From Bacteroidia bacterium (GTDB lineage Bacteria > Bacteroidota > Bacteroidia > AKYH767-A > 2013-40CM-41-45), in assembly GCA_038230515.1 (NCBI GenBank), contig JBBRND010000015.1, positions 13,694-77,693 of the forward strand: a stretch of 64,000 nucleotides of DNA, in the 5' to 3' direction. The translations under genes and the position numbers were made by a program. The notes beneath the pieces were generated by a model that saw only the letters and a list, made by a program, of their open reading frames with translations, did no database searches and had not been told where the DNA came from. Positions 9,333-19,814 of the stretch are shown piece after piece. The first letter of the stretch is position 1. Each line of letters opens with the position of its first letter.

Positions 9333-9373
9333 AAAAAAAAATCCCCCGATATGTATCGGGGGATTTTTTTTGT
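9333..9373. terminator. Bidirectional rho-independent terminator (A-run, atcccccgata/tatcgggggat stem, T-run).
   Basis: A perfect 11-bp stem is flanked by A8 and T8. It lies between the convergent genes ending at 9317 (+) and 9381 (-). Confidence 0.8.
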
Positions 9374-9380
9374 AGCTATT

Positions 9381-11975
9381 CTACTCCTCTTTCTTCTTCC
9401 GCGTTCCTCCTGTTTTTGCCGGTGGAGGAGGTGGTGGTGTGGCTTTCACCACAGTTATCACCAACTCATTTTTCTCTTTATCGAAGTCAGCCATTATGGT
9501 ATCGCCTTCGCCCATTTCTGCTTTAATTATTTCTTCAGCCATTGGGTCTTCCAGATACTTTTGAATGGCGCGTTTCAATGGGCGCGCACCAAAGCTGCTG
9601 TCGAATCCTTTGTCAGAAATATAATCCTTCGCTTCATCACTCAACTGAATTTTGTATCCAAGTTCAGTAACGCGCTTGTAGAGATGCACCAGTTCCACAT
9701 CAATAATTTTGTGAATGTTTTCTTTGGTAAGAGAATTGAACATCACCACATCATCAATACGGTTTAGGAACTCCGGAGCAAATGCTTTCTTCAATGCATT
9801 TTCAATAACACCTTTAGAATGATCTTCCGAGCCCGACATTTTAGTAGCCGTTGCAAACCCAACACCTTGTCCGAAATCCTTCAACTGGCGCGAGCCAATG
9901 TTAGAAGTCATAATAAGAATAGAGTTTTTGAAATCAACTTTTCTTCCCAAGCTATCAGTCAGCGTTCCTTCATCAAGAACCTGAAGAAGCAAGTTGAAAA
10001 TATCAGGATGTGCTTTTTCAATTTCATCAAGCAGCACAACAGCATAAGGTTTGCGTCTCACTTTCTCAGTAAGCTGTCCGCCTTCTTCATAACCCACATA
10101 TCCCGGAGGCGCACCGATGAGGCGGCTAACCGCAAACTTCTCCATGTACTCGCTCATGTCAATACGCACGAGTGCCTCTTCAGTGTCGAATAAATATTTA
10201 GCCAACACTTTTGCAAGTTCAGTTTTACCAACACCTGTAGGTCCGAGGAAAATAAAAGTACCAATCGGTTTATTCGGATCCTTCAATCCAGCTCTGTTCC
10301 GTTGAATCGCCTTTACTACTTTATTGATCGCCTGATCCTGACCAATTACTTTTCCTTTCAACTGATCGCCCATACTAATGAGGCGCGAACTTTCTGTTTG
10401 CGCAACGCGCGTAACCGGAATGCCGGTCATCATGGCAACCACTTCAGCAACGTTTGTTTCATTCACTGTGTAGCGATGGCTCTTGGTTTCTTCTTCCCAC
10501 TGCTTTTTCGCTGCATCTAATTGTTCGAGCAATTGCTTTTCAGTATCGCGGAGTTTTGCTGCCTCTTCATACTTCTGACTGCGCACAACTTTATTCTTCT
10601 CCACTTTTATATCAGCAACTTTCCCTTCAAGATCAAGAATGTTTTTCGGCACATGAATATTTGTGAGATGAACACGGGAACCCGATTCATCCAGCGCGTC
10701 AATTGCTTTATCAGGAAGAAAACGATCGGTGATGTATCGAGCAGTAAGAGTTACACATGCCTTGATTGCTTCAGGAGTGTAATTCACATTGTGATGTTCT
10801 TCATAACGGTCTTTGATGTTATTAAGAATCTCAATACTCTCATCAATAGTTGCCGGTTCAATAAGTACACGCTGAAAACGCCTGTCCAACGCTCCGTCTT
10901 TTTCAATGTACTGACGGTACTCATCAAGAGTAGTAGCACCAATGCATTGAATTTCTCCGCGCGCAAGCGCGGGCTTGAACATGTTCGAAGCATCCAGAGA
11001 ACCTGAAGCACCGCCTGCACCAATGATGGTATGAATTTCATCAATGAATAGAATTACGTCAGGAGATTTTTCCAGTTCATTCATTACTGCTTTCATCCTC
11101 TCCTCGAATTGTCCGCGGTACTTTGTTCCTGCAACGAGTGAAGCAAGATCGAGCGTAACAATTCGTTTATTGAAAAGGACACGCGATACTTTTCGTTGAA
11201 TAATCCGAAGCGCCAAACCTTCTGCAATGGCGCTCTTCCCAACTCCGGGTTCACCAATCAATATCGGGTTGTTCTTTTTTCTGCGCGAAAGAATTTGTGA
11301 TACGCGCTCTATTTCTTTTTCTCTTCCTACAATGGGATCGAGGCGGCCGTCTTCTGCTGCCTTCGTTAAATCGCGGCCGAAGTTATCGAGCACCGGAGTT
11401 TTAGATTTGCTGTCGCTTCCGCCTTTCTTCGTTCCACCACCGCTACCCAGACCGCCTGCGCCACCACCCGCACCACCTTCATCATCTTTTGCATACGGAT
11501 CATCTTCTGCAGGATTGTGAGGTGCTTCACTTTTGAAATTTGATTTCAGCATTTCGAGTTCTTCTTTTACGATGTCGTAAGTAATTCCATACTGATTTAG
11601 AATTTGCGTTGCAATGTTGTCCTCATCTTTTAATATTGAAAGAAGAAGATGCTCCGTTCCGATTACATCGCTCTTGAAAACTTTTGCTTCGAGATAAGTT
11701 ATCTTGAGTGCTTTCTCTGCTTGTTTAGTAAGAGGAATGTTGCTGAGATTGCTCACCGAACCACCACCACCTTTCACGGAATTCTCCACGCTCTTGCGGA
11801 GTTCTGCGAGGTTGATGCCGAGCGAGCGAAGAATTTTCATCGCCATGCCTTCGCCTTCGCGGATAAGCCCTAGCAACAAATGTTCAGTACCGATGAAATC
11901 ATGTGTGAGCCGCAATGCTTCTTCTTTGCTAAATGCGATCACATCTTTTACGCGGGGGGAAAATTTGGCTTCCAT
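9381..11975 (-). CDS. clpC: Clp/Hsp100 AAA+ chaperone, ClpC-like (ATP-dependent Clp protease ATP-binding subunit). ClpB cannot be excluded.
   Basis: Has the Clp N-domain repeats (FIGTEHLLLGLIREGEG twice) and two Walker A motifs (GEPGVGKSA, GPTGVGKTE). A short UVR-like linker (KYEEAAKLRDTEKQL) is present rather than a long ClpB M-domain. Length is 864 aa. Confidence 0.85.
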   Translation of the reverse strand: MEAKFSPRVKDVIAFSKEEALRLTHDFIGTEHLLLGLIREGEGMAMKILRSLGINLAELRKSVENSVKGGGGSVSNLSNIPLTKQAEKALKITYLEAKVFKSDVIGTEHLLLSILKDEDNIATQILNQYGITYDIVKEELEMLKSNFKSEAPHNPAEDDPYAKDDEGGAGGGAGGLGSGGGTKKGGSDSKSKTPVLDNFGRDLTKAAEDGRLDPIVGREKEIERVSQILSRRKKNNPILIGEPGVGKSAIAEGLALRIIQRKVSRVLFNKRIVTLDLASLVAGTKYRGQFEERMKAVMNELEKSPDVILFIDEIHTIIGAGGASGSLDASNMFKPALARGEIQCIGATTLDEYRQYIEKDGALDRRFQRVLIEPATIDESIEILNNIKDRYEEHHNVNYTPEAIKACVTLTARYITDRFLPDKAIDALDESGSRVHLTNIHVPKNILDLEGKVADIKVEKNKVVRSQKYEEAAKLRDTEKQLLEQLDAAKKQWEEETKSHRYTVNETNVAEVVAMMTGIPVTRVAQTESSRLISMGDQLKGKVIGQDQAINKVVKAIQRNRAGLKDPNKPIGTFIFLGPTGVGKTELAKVLAKYLFDTEEALVRIDMSEYMEKFAVSRLIGAPPGYVGYEEGGQLTEKVRRKPYAVVLLDEIEKAHPDIFNLLLQVLDEGTLTDSLGRKVDFKNSILIMTSNIGSRQLKDFGQGVGFATATKMSGSEDHSKGVIENALKKAFAPEFLNRIDDVVMFNSLTKENIHKIIDVELVHLYKRVTELGYKIQLSDEAKDYISDKGFDSSFGARPLKRAIQKYLEDPMAEEIIKAEMGEGDTIMADFDKEKNELVITVVKATPPPPPPAKTGGTRKKKEE

Positions 11976-12326
11976 AAAGTTTCTCTTTTAAAAATTAAAA
12001 CGTTTAAGTTAAGTTATCAAGTGCTGTAATTTGTGTGCAAAGTTACGCAGGTTTTTGTGGTTTGCAATTACCGTACAATCACCTTCAATCTGCCGATCCG
12101 TCAGTTTTTATTTTCAACACAATTTTGTTGACGGTTGCATTCTCTTTTAATTAGTCGAGGAGATGAGAACTCTCTTTACTTTTTTGTGATAAAACCGTCA
12201 GTTAATTGAAGTGGATTGAGTACCTTCGTTCACTATTTTAATAGTACGAATAACGAATGGTTTCGCACTTACGAAACCCTCGAAAACTTCCAACTTAACT
12301 TTAAACATTAGACCTAAAACTTTGGC

Positions 12327-14909
12327 ATGGCTTCAGGAGAAAGAATAATTCCGATTAACATCGAGGAAGAAATGAAAACGGCTTACATTGATTATTCAAT
12401 GTCAGTCATTGTGTCGCGTGCGCTGCCCGATGTTCGCGATGGATTAAAACCTGTACACCGTAGAGTGCTTTACGGAATGCTCGACCTCGGAGTGTTGAGC
12501 AATCGTCCCTATAAAAAATCTGCAAGAATAGTTGGAGAGGTGCTTGGTAAGTATCATCCGCATGGAGACAGTTCTGTGTATGATGCCATGGTTCGAATGG
12601 CGCAGGAATGGAGTTTGCGCTATCCGCTTGTTGACGGACAGGGAAATTACGGAAGCATGGATGGCGATCCTCCGGCAGCAATGCGTTACACAGAGGCGCG
12701 CTTCAAAAAGATTGCGGAGGAAATGCTTAATGATATTGACAAAGATACCGTTGACATGGCGCTCAACTTTGATGATACATTAAAGGAGCCAACAGTTCTT
12801 CCTGCAAAAATTCCAAACCTTTTAATGAATGGTTCTTCAGGAATTGCAGTGGGAATGGCAACCAACATGCCTCCTCATAATCTTACCGAAGTTATTGACG
12901 GCATCATCGCATACATCGCGAATAAAGAAATTACAATTGATGAGTTGATGCAATTCATTAAAGCGCCCGACTTCCCTACTGCAGGAATTATTTACGGATA
13001 TGCAGGAGTTCAGGAAGCATTCAGAACTGGACGCGGAAGAATTGTTCTTCGTTCGCGCGCTGTCATTGAACAGCATAATGGTAGGGATAGAATTGTCGTT
13101 ACTGAAGTTCCTTACCAGGTTAACAAGGCGGAGATGATCAAGCGCACGGCTGATCTGGTGAATGAGAAAAAGATTGAAGGCATTACTGACATCCGTGATG
13201 AATCAGACCGCGAAGGTGTTCGCATTGTGTATGAATTAAGGCGCGATGCAATTTCAAATGTGGTGCTTAATAATCTTTACAAACAAACTTCTCTGCAATC
13301 GTCATTCAGTGTAAACAATATTGGATTGGTTCACGGCAGACCGATGACTCTTAATCTGAAAGACCTCATAGTGCATTTTGTAAATCACCGCCATGAAGTG
13401 GTGATCCGTAGAACACAATACGAATTAGCAGAAGCAGAAAAGCGTGCACACATTCTTGAAGGGTTGTTGATCGCTCTTGATCATCTTGACGAAGTGATTG
13501 CATTGATACGTGCTTCACAAACCCCCGACATTGCACGTGACGGATTGATGGTGAAATTCGGTCTCTCCGAAATTCAATCCAAAGCAATTCTTGAAATGCG
13601 TTTGCAACGTTTGACAGGACTTGAGCGCGATAAGATTAAAGCAGAATATAAAGAGTTGATGGAACTCATCGAATACTACCGCGACATACTTGCGAATGAG
13701 GATTTGAGAATGGACATCATCAAAGACGAACTTTTGGAAATAAAAGATAAGTACGGTGATGCGCGGAGAACAGAAATCGTTTATACAGGCGATGATATTT
13801 CCATGGAAGACATGATTGCTGACGAAGATGTGGTGATCACGATTTCTCATGCAGGTTATATCAAGCGCACTGCACTTACTGAATACCGGGCGCAGGGCAG
13901 GGGAGGGCGAGGAGCAAAAGGAAGCGCCACACGCGAAGAAGATTTTGTGGAACATATTTTTGTTGCATCTACTCACAACTACATTTTATATTTTACTGAA
14001 TTGGGCAAATGTTATTGGATGAAGGTGTATGAAATTCCCGAGGGAACAAAGACATCAAAGGGCAGAGCGATTCAGAATTTGATTTCACTTCCTGCTGATG
14101 ATAAAGTGAAAGCATTTATCAACGTGAAGAATTTGACGGACGAGGAATACATCAACAATAATTTCGTGGTGATGTGTACCAAGAATGGAACGATTAAGAA
14201 AACATCGCTCGAAGCATATTCACGTCCGCGGCTGGCGGGCATAAATGCCATAAACATTGAAGCAGGGGATGTTTTGCTTGAAGCCCGTCTCACGAATGGG
14301 AAAAATGAAATAATGGTAGCTACCAAAAAAGGAAAGGTAGTTCGCTTCAATGAAGAAACTGTTCGTGCTGTAGGAAGAAATTCAATTGGTGTGAGGGGAG
14401 TAACGCTTGATGGCGCTGATGATTTTGTAATCGGCATGGTCTGTGTGAATGATGTGTTGAAGGAAACCGTGCTTGTTGTTTCAGAAAAAGGATACGGTAA
14501 GCGAAGCGATGTAGAAGAGTACCGCAAAACAAATCGTGGAGGAAAAGGCGTAAAGACAATAAACATCACTGACAAAACAGGAAACCTTATCGCAATAAAA
14601 ATTGTTGACAACAACGATGACCTGATGATCATTAACAAATCCGGAATTACGATACGAATGAATGTGGATGAGCTTCGCGTAATGGGAAGAGCCACACAAG
14701 GTGTTCGACTTATAAAGCTGGATGATGATGATGAAATTGCATCGGTAGCAAAGGTGGAAGTGGTGGATGAAAAGAAAGCAGAAGACATTGAAACTGCTCT
14801 TCCGCCAATTGATTCTGCAACCGCTGCTCCCGCTCCTTCTCCTGATGAATCAGGTTCTGCCGAAGACCAGGATACAGAAAGCACAGATGAAAATAATCCT
14901 CAGGAATAA
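12327..14909 (+). CDS. gyrA: DNA gyrase subunit A.
   Basis: Contains the N-terminal [28 protein letters not shown] with the active-site Tyr region, and the QRL pinwheel repeats. The acidic C-terminal tail is typical of Bacteroidetes GyrA. Confidence 0.95.
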   Translation: MASGERIIPINIEEEMKTAYIDYSMSVIVSRALPDVRDGLKPVHRRVLYGMLDLGVLSNRPYKKSARIVGEVLGKYHPHGDSSVYDAMVRMAQEWSLRYPLVDGQGNYGSMDGDPPAAMRYTEARFKKIAEEMLNDIDKDTVDMALNFDDTLKEPTVLPAKIPNLLMNGSSGIAVGMATNMPPHNLTEVIDGIIAYIANKEITIDELMQFIKAPDFPTAGIIYGYAGVQEAFRTGRGRIVLRSRAVIEQHNGRDRIVVTEVPYQVNKAEMIKRTADLVNEKKIEGITDIRDESDREGVRIVYELRRDAISNVVLNNLYKQTSLQSSFSVNNIGLVHGRPMTLNLKDLIVHFVNHRHEVVIRRTQYELAEAEKRAHILEGLLIALDHLDEVIALIRASQTPDIARDGLMVKFGLSEIQSKAILEMRLQRLTGLERDKIKAEYKELMELIEYYRDILANEDLRMDIIKDELLEIKDKYGDARRTEIVYTGDDISMEDMIADEDVVITISHAGYIKRTALTEYRAQGRGGRGAKGSATREEDFVEHIFVASTHNYILYFTELGKCYWMKVYEIPEGTKTSKGRAIQNLISLPADDKVKAFINVKNLTDEEYINNNFVVMCTKNGTIKKTSLEAYSRPRLAGINAINIEAGDVLLEARLTNGKNEIMVATKKGKVVRFNEETVRAVGRNSIGVRGVTLDGADDFVIGMVCVNDVLKETVLVVSEKGYGKRSDVEEYRKTNRGGKGVKTINITDKTGNLIAIKIVDNNDDLMIINKSGITIRMNVDELRVMGRATQGVRLIKLDDDDEIASVAKVEVVDEKKAEDIETALPPIDSATAAPAPSPDESGSAEDQDTESTDENNPQE

Positions 14910-15016
14910 ATAATAATAAAAAGTACCATTAACGAATACAGATAGGGTCGAATCTACGAGTGAAAACAGATTCGTAAATTAGGTTGGATTCGTATTCGTT
15001 GATGAAACTCTAATAA

Positions 15017-16216
15017 ATGAATCATTGCATGAAAAAGATTCTTTCAATCACTCTTCTTCTCTGTTCCGTAACTTTTATTTCTTCTGCACAAAAAGCATTG
15101 GTGCAAAAGGCATACAACTATTACAAAGAACCTTATCAGCAATACGATGAGGCGAAGAAGGCGATTGACGAAGCTATGAACAGCGATGAGAACAAAGCCA
15201 ATGAAAAGTTCTGGTATTACCGCGGACTCATTTACCAGGCACTCTATAACAATGCAACTTACGGCAACCTTTGTAACAACTGTCTTGTGACTGCTTATGA
15301 GTCATTCACGAAAGCGAATGAAGTGAATCCAAAAAATGAATGGGCAGAGATTATCAAAGGACTTAACATGAATTTGCTCATGCGCGACTTCTTTAATAAA
15401 GGGGTAAATGATTTCAATCATTCAAAGTTTGTTGATGCGCTGACTTCTTTTGAATATGTGCAGAAGATAAATCCTTCTGATACTTCTTCCATTCTCAACT
15501 CTGCCTTTGCCGCAGATAAGGCAAACAATTACGAAAAGGCAATACTGTATTACAACCGCCTGATCAATATGAATTACAAGGATGACAAGATTTATCTCTC
15601 GCTTGCGAATATTTACAAGCAGCAAAAAGATTCTGCGCGCGCGTTAATGACCATCCAGGATGGACGGAAAGTTTTTCCTGATACTCTTACGCTGATGTTG
15701 ACGGAAATAAACCTGTTGCTTGCTGCGGGAAGAAATAAGGATGCTACTACAGTGATGGAAACTGCTATTACAAAAGACCCGAAAAACCAGAGCTTGTACC
15801 TCGCACTTGGCAGCGCCAATGACCAGATGGCAAACCCACGCGATGCCCAGGGAAATGATTTGCCGAAGCCAATAAATTATTCTGAGTGCATGACCAAAGC
15901 CGAGCAGGCATACCAGAAAGGATTGCAAATAAACGCCAATAACTTCGAGTTGAATTACAACCTGGGTGCAATTTATTTTAACCAGGGTGCTGAGATGGCG
16001 AATGCAGCAAACAACATCAAGAGCACTGAAGAATTTGAAAAAGCAAAAGTGAAATACAATGCAAAGTTTAAGGACTCTGAACCCTATCTTGAAAAAGCAT
16101 TTGAACTGAATCCTACCGATAAAGCGACACTCACCTCTCTCAAATTATTGTACGCCCGCACGGGTGAAACGGATAAGTACAATAAGGTAAAAGGTATTCT
16201 GGATAGTATGAAGTAG
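15017..16216 (+). CDS. Tetratricopeptide-repeat protein with signal peptide.
   Basis: Has a signal peptide and repeated A/Y/L-rich TPR-like helices (YYRGLIYQALYNNA, ILYYNRLINMNY). A conserved TPR gene lies downstream of gyrA in Bacteroidetes. Confidence 0.65.
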   Translation: MNHCMKKILSITLLLCSVTFISSAQKALVQKAYNYYKEPYQQYDEAKKAIDEAMNSDENKANEKFWYYRGLIYQALYNNATYGNLCNNCLVTAYESFTKANEVNPKNEWAEIIKGLNMNLLMRDFFNKGVNDFNHSKFVDALTSFEYVQKINPSDTSSILNSAFAADKANNYEKAILYYNRLINMNYKDDKIYLSLANIYKQQKDSARALMTIQDGRKVFPDTLTLMLTEINLLLAAGRNKDATTVMETAITKDPKNQSLYLALGSANDQMANPRDAQGNDLPKPINYSECMTKAEQAYQKGLQINANNFELNYNLGAIYFNQGAEMANAANNIKSTEEFEKAKVKYNAKFKDSEPYLEKAFELNPTDKATLTSLKLLYARTGETDKYNKVKGILDSMK

Positions 16217-16457
16217 AAAAGTTATTAGTTTTCGTAAGCAAACTAAAACCCAAATTTCGATAAAATTAATTTTCATACTAATCTGCGCACTTTTTATTTT
16301 TTCATCGTTAAGTTCTCAGGTAAGAAGCTATGTTTTTTTTCATAAAGAATGTTTTGAATTAATTACAAATAAGACTTTGTAAGGTTCTTTATGCAAATAT
16401 CAAATGAGTACTGATTTTTTACGGATATGATTGGCGGTATTCTAATGTAATCAGCAA

Positions 16458-17321
16458 TTATACACTTACCATTGTTGCCGCCTGAGCCCCGGGAAAATTT
16501 TGAATGCCAATTGATGCATCAGCTACAACTGCCCAAGCAAAGGACTTATTAAAAACATCCAAATAATACGATGATAAAAAAGTAACAATTGGATAGGGTG
16601 ATCCGTTGTTTAACGCAGCTAGTTTTAAAAAGGAAGCATAATCAAATTTTTTAAAGTTACCAATGAACATAATATTTAATGCCAGTCCTGTTACTGCGGT
16701 AATGGCACCTTGAAAAATACAGATATTCATTTCTCCGCTTTTAAAATTAGAAATATCAAAATTGTAAGTGTCTCTCCCATTCATGCCATGCAGCATTGAA
16801 TTGGAACTAGTTGAACTTTGTAATGCATCCAGATTAGAACCCTTAGCTCCTGAACTTATCACGGAGTAAATTTTACCTTTTACCCAACTTGCAATTTTGC
16901 TTGCAGCTACGAGATAGAATCTATTTGCAAGAGCTTCTGACCCTTTTAAAGCCCATGATGTTATTTTTCCACCTATGACATCCGGCATGTTAAAGGCTTT
17001 ATTTTTCGAAAGAAAGCTTAAACTAATATTTGCAAGGATAATATCTTTGGAAATGGGCACTCCTTTTCCCCAAAATTTTCTTTGAAAAGGAGATGGAAGA
17101 CCTGAGTAATACTTGTCATAAAATTTTTCATTAAAATCAGAGTCTGTAACGGGCGACTCCGGTTTGCCTCCTAATGCATTTTTAATATTGGCTTCCGTAA
17201 ACTCTAATGGTACAATGGGAAAAGTTGCTTTACCGATACCTCCACCAATAATAATGTTAATTGAATTGGTAGCTGTCAAACTTTCACCTGGTTCAAATCC
17301 AAGTATGAGTGGTGTTCTCAT
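16458..17321 (-). CDS. Hypothetical protein, a possible effector-like cargo next to the Hcp-like gene.
   Basis: A 287-aa ORF with no signal peptide and no recognised motif. It sits in an AT-rich islet flanked by long AT-rich spacers. Confidence 0.4.
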   Translation of the reverse strand: MRTPLILGFEPGESLTATNSINIIIGGGIGKATFPIVPLEFTEANIKNALGGKPESPVTDSDFNEKFYDKYYSGLPSPFQRKFWGKGVPISKDIILANISLSFLSKNKAFNMPDVIGGKITSWALKGSEALANRFYLVAASKIASWVKGKIYSVISSGAKGSNLDALQSSTSSNSMLHGMNGRDTYNFDISNFKSGEMNICIFQGAITAVTGLALNIMFIGNFKKFDYASFLKLAALNNGSPYPIVTFLSSYYLDVFNKSFAWAVVADASIGIQNFPGAQAATMVSV

Positions 17322-17466
17322 GATTTATAGAATTAGCAATTTGAATTTTTTAAAATGAGCACTGGCGTTTTTCTACAATTTTATTTAAGATGAAAGATAA
17401 AATTGATTTCGGGGTTGTCGAAGGTAGAGAGGAAATTAAGCAAAGGCATATGAATTCTTTTTAAAA

Positions 17467-17497
17467 TAAAACATGCGACCTTGAAGGTCGCATGTTT
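17467..17497. terminator. Bidirectional terminator (aaaacatgcgacc-ttgaa-ggtcgcatgtttt).
   Basis: A perfect 13-bp inverted repeat with A4/T4 flanks lies 22 nt downstream of the stop of the Hcp-like gene. Confidence 0.75.
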
Positions 17498-17518
17498 TGA
17501 ATTAGAATAAGAACCTGA

Positions 17519-17917
17519 TTACGTGTTAGCAGGCCAAGGATTCTCGTGCTCTGCAGTACCCATCTTGATCTTCTTTGCAGAGATCGTGAAGCGTGTAGTC
17601 ATCGGGTTGCTGCCAACCGTGTCAATACTCTCGCCAAACTGAATGATGTACGATTCTTCGAATTCAAGCGTCTTCAAAGCAGCAGAATCACTGCGTTTGT
17701 AGAAAGTAATTTTTCCGTTTTTTACTTTGTGCGGATCAGCCATCCACTCAAGGATGCTGTTGTCTTCGGTAGCTTCAACTTCACATTGAATAGTACCACC
17801 ATAAAGAACAGAAGAAGGGCGACCTGATGCATCAGTATCTCTGCGAAGAGCGTAGTCGCAATGGAGGAGATTAATTTCATCTCCGCCATCAATGCTAAGG
17901 GTTGATTTGAAAGCCAT
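17519..17917 (-). CDS. Hcp/TssD-like tube protein (Bacteroidetes T6SS-iii type or contractile-injection tube protein).
   Basis: A 132-aa protein beginning MAFKSTLSIDGGDEINLLHCDYALRRDTDASGRPSS...GGTIQCEVEATED. Size, N-terminal pattern and layout are reminiscent of Bacteroidetes TssD. Monocistronic with its own strong terminator. Confidence 0.5.
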   Translation of the reverse strand: MAFKSTLSIDGGDEINLLHCDYALRRDTDASGRPSSVLYGGTIQCEVEATEDNSILEWMADPHKVKNGKITFYKRSDSAALKTLEFEESYIIQFGESIDTVGSNPMTTRFTISAKKIKMGTAEHENPWPANT

Positions 17918-18227
17918 TTTTTTTTTTGGTTTTTAAAGATTAAATTATTTGTTTGATTTATGATGCAAATAAACGAGAAACGGGAAGTTGCGTCAATGCG
18001 CACTTAGCAGTTGGCTGAGTTACTCGGACAATTAGCATCTGGGGAATGTGGATTGCAATGAGATTGAATTAAAGATTGTAAAGCGTATGCTTTTTTAGTT
18101 CACTCATCTCCTTATAGGATAATGAGAGAAAATATTTTTTTATGATATTCCGGTTATTGATGTTGATTTAATTTTTTTTTTAATCATCACGAAATATAAT
18201 GGGGCTTTATTTGTAAAACTTTTTAAA

Positions 18228-18587
18228 ATGAAAATACATCTCTATCAACTCACAAAAACAGAAGCATTCCGGCTGAGTAAAAAAGCACTTACAAAAATGG
18301 GCTTCGTTATTCACCTTGCCGATGGCGAAAAAGGATTGATGAGTGGAAGCAGGAAATCAAACCACACTTCTCATGTTACTTTTTTTGATATTCAGTTTGC
18401 GCTGAATAGTTATATAACCATTTCGCTTATATCAGATATTTTTTCGAGCAGCACAGGAACCTTTATTGCTGATGCAGTGAGTGAAGAACTTTTTCTTGAA
18501 ACATTTCACGACCTTTTGCGCATTCAGCCGCCCGATAATGCTTTACGCTTGACATATGAGGATTATGCAATGGCGGTAGGTTTCTGA
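18228..18587 (+). CDS. Hypothetical protein.
   Basis: A 119-aa ORF divergent from the Hcp-like gene. No motif recognised. Confidence 0.35.
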   Translation: MKIHLYQLTKTEAFRLSKKALTKMGFVIHLADGEKGLMSGSRKSNHTSHVTFFDIQFALNSYITISLISDIFSSSTGTFIADAVSEELFLETFHDLLRIQPPDNALRLTYEDYAMAVGF

Positions 18588-18711
18588 AGCAGTAGTGGAA
18601 TACCGATAACGTACATCTTCGCAATTCTAAGACTTACCACTTAACATAAATTTTACACTTCATTAATCATGCGTTTACATGAGAAGTGGATTTTCGTGCA
18701 AATAAAAGATC

Positions 18712-19098
18712 ATGGTGAACAAACCTCTTAAAGTGCTTGTGGTAGATGATGAACCGGATGTAGTTGAAATTCTCTCTTACAATTTAACGAAAGAAAATTT
18801 TGAAGTGTTCAAAGCATACAACGGCAATGAAGCGATTTCCGCAGCAATAGAAGTTCTTCCTGATCTTATCATTATGGACATACGAATGCCGGAGCTTAAC
18901 GGCATTGAAGCCTGCCGCATCATTAAGAAAAATGAAACACTCAAAAACATTCCGATACTTTTTCTTACTTCAGATAATGACGAATACACTTCGCTGAGTG
19001 CAGTGGAGGCTGGGGGAGATCATTATGTAACAAAGCCAATTCGGCCTGCCATTCTTATGGGAATGATTACTGAACTGATAAGAGGTGCTGTGAAATGA
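18712..19098 (+). CDS. Stand-alone response-regulator receiver domain.
   Basis: Contains VLVVDDEPD, IIMDIRMPELNG and a T...K motif (TSDND...VTKP). Its stop overlaps the start of the next gene (ATGA). Confidence 0.8.
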   Translation: MVNKPLKVLVVDDEPDVVEILSYNLTKENFEVFKAYNGNEAISAAIEVLPDLIIMDIRMPELNGIEACRIIKKNETLKNIPILFLTSDNDEYTSLSAVEAGGDHYVTKPIRPAILMGMITELIRGAVK

Positions 19099-19796
19099 TA
19101 ACCCATTCTCGATACAACCAGGGCAGGCACATTTTAATTTTTGCCCAAAAGAACAGGGAGCAAAAAGAACTTTCCGATCATCTTGAACTGGAAAACTATG
19201 TTGTGCACCATGTGAGCAAGCTGAATGACGCACTTGCTAATCTTAAAAATTCGAAAACGGAAGTTATTCTGATGGACACTTCTCACAATGAAGTTGCTTG
19301 CCTTGAATTGTGTCATGTTATCAAATCTAATTTGAGTTCGAGAAAAAAGGTGGTCATTATTACTTCTGATAATCAAGATGAATCGTGTGAAGTGGCTGCC
19401 TTCCGTGCGGGTGCTGATGACTATATTACAAAGCCGGTGAAGCCCGTTGCTCTTATCGAACGGCTAAAAACAAGATTGGGAGAACCGAAAGATACCATCA
19501 TCGTTCATCCTGAACTGAACGGACATTCAAGCATTCATATTGACCGCGAATCTTATACTGTGTTTGTTGACAACAAGGCATTGAATCTTTCGCGCAAAGA
19601 ATTTGAGTTGCTTTATCTTCTCGCAAGCGCCCCCGGAAAAATTTTCAGGCGCGAAGAAGTTTTTGAAAAAGTATGGAAGAAAAAATTCGAGGAGCCGAAC
19701 CGCACAATTGATGTACACATTCTCCGGCTTCGGAAAAAACTTGGCAGAGATTACATACAGACTCAGAAGGGTGTTGGGTATCGGTTCACTGCTTAA
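19095..19796 (+). CDS. OmpR/PhoB-family winged-helix transcriptional regulator with an atypical receiver domain that lacks the N-terminal acidic pair.
   Basis: The C-terminus is RKEFELLYLLASAPGKIFRREE...RTIDVHILRLRKKL...GVGYRF (trans_reg_C). The N-terminal receiver-like fold has ILIFAQ in place of the acidic DD residues, though the LMD Asp is retained. Confidence 0.7.
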   Translation: MITHSRYNQGRHILIFAQKNREQKELSDHLELENYVVHHVSKLNDALANLKNSKTEVILMDTSHNEVACLELCHVIKSNLSSRKKVVIITSDNQDESCEVAAFRAGADDYITKPVKPVALIERLKTRLGEPKDTIIVHPELNGHSSIHIDRESYTVFVDNKALNLSRKEFELLYLLASAPGKIFRREEVFEKVWKKKFEEPNRTIDVHILRLRKKLGRDYIQTQKGVGYRFTA

Positions 19797-19814
19797 AGGT
19801 AGTCGCGAAGTGGA

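Noticed and set aside
9381-11975. Calling the Hsp100 gene clpB
   Set aside because: The middle region between the two AAA modules is short and UVR-like (KYEEAAKLRDTEKQL), not a long ClpB M-domain coiled coil. The N-domain is followed by a Gly-rich linker. ClpC is therefore the more likely identity, although the family-level call (Clp/Hsp100) is what is secure.
17519-17917. Interpreting the Hcp-like gene as evidence of a complete T6SS locus here
   Set aside because: No tssB/C/E/F/G/K, clpV or vgrG-like genes occur within the window. Only an orphan tube gene plus a cargo-like gene can be claimed.
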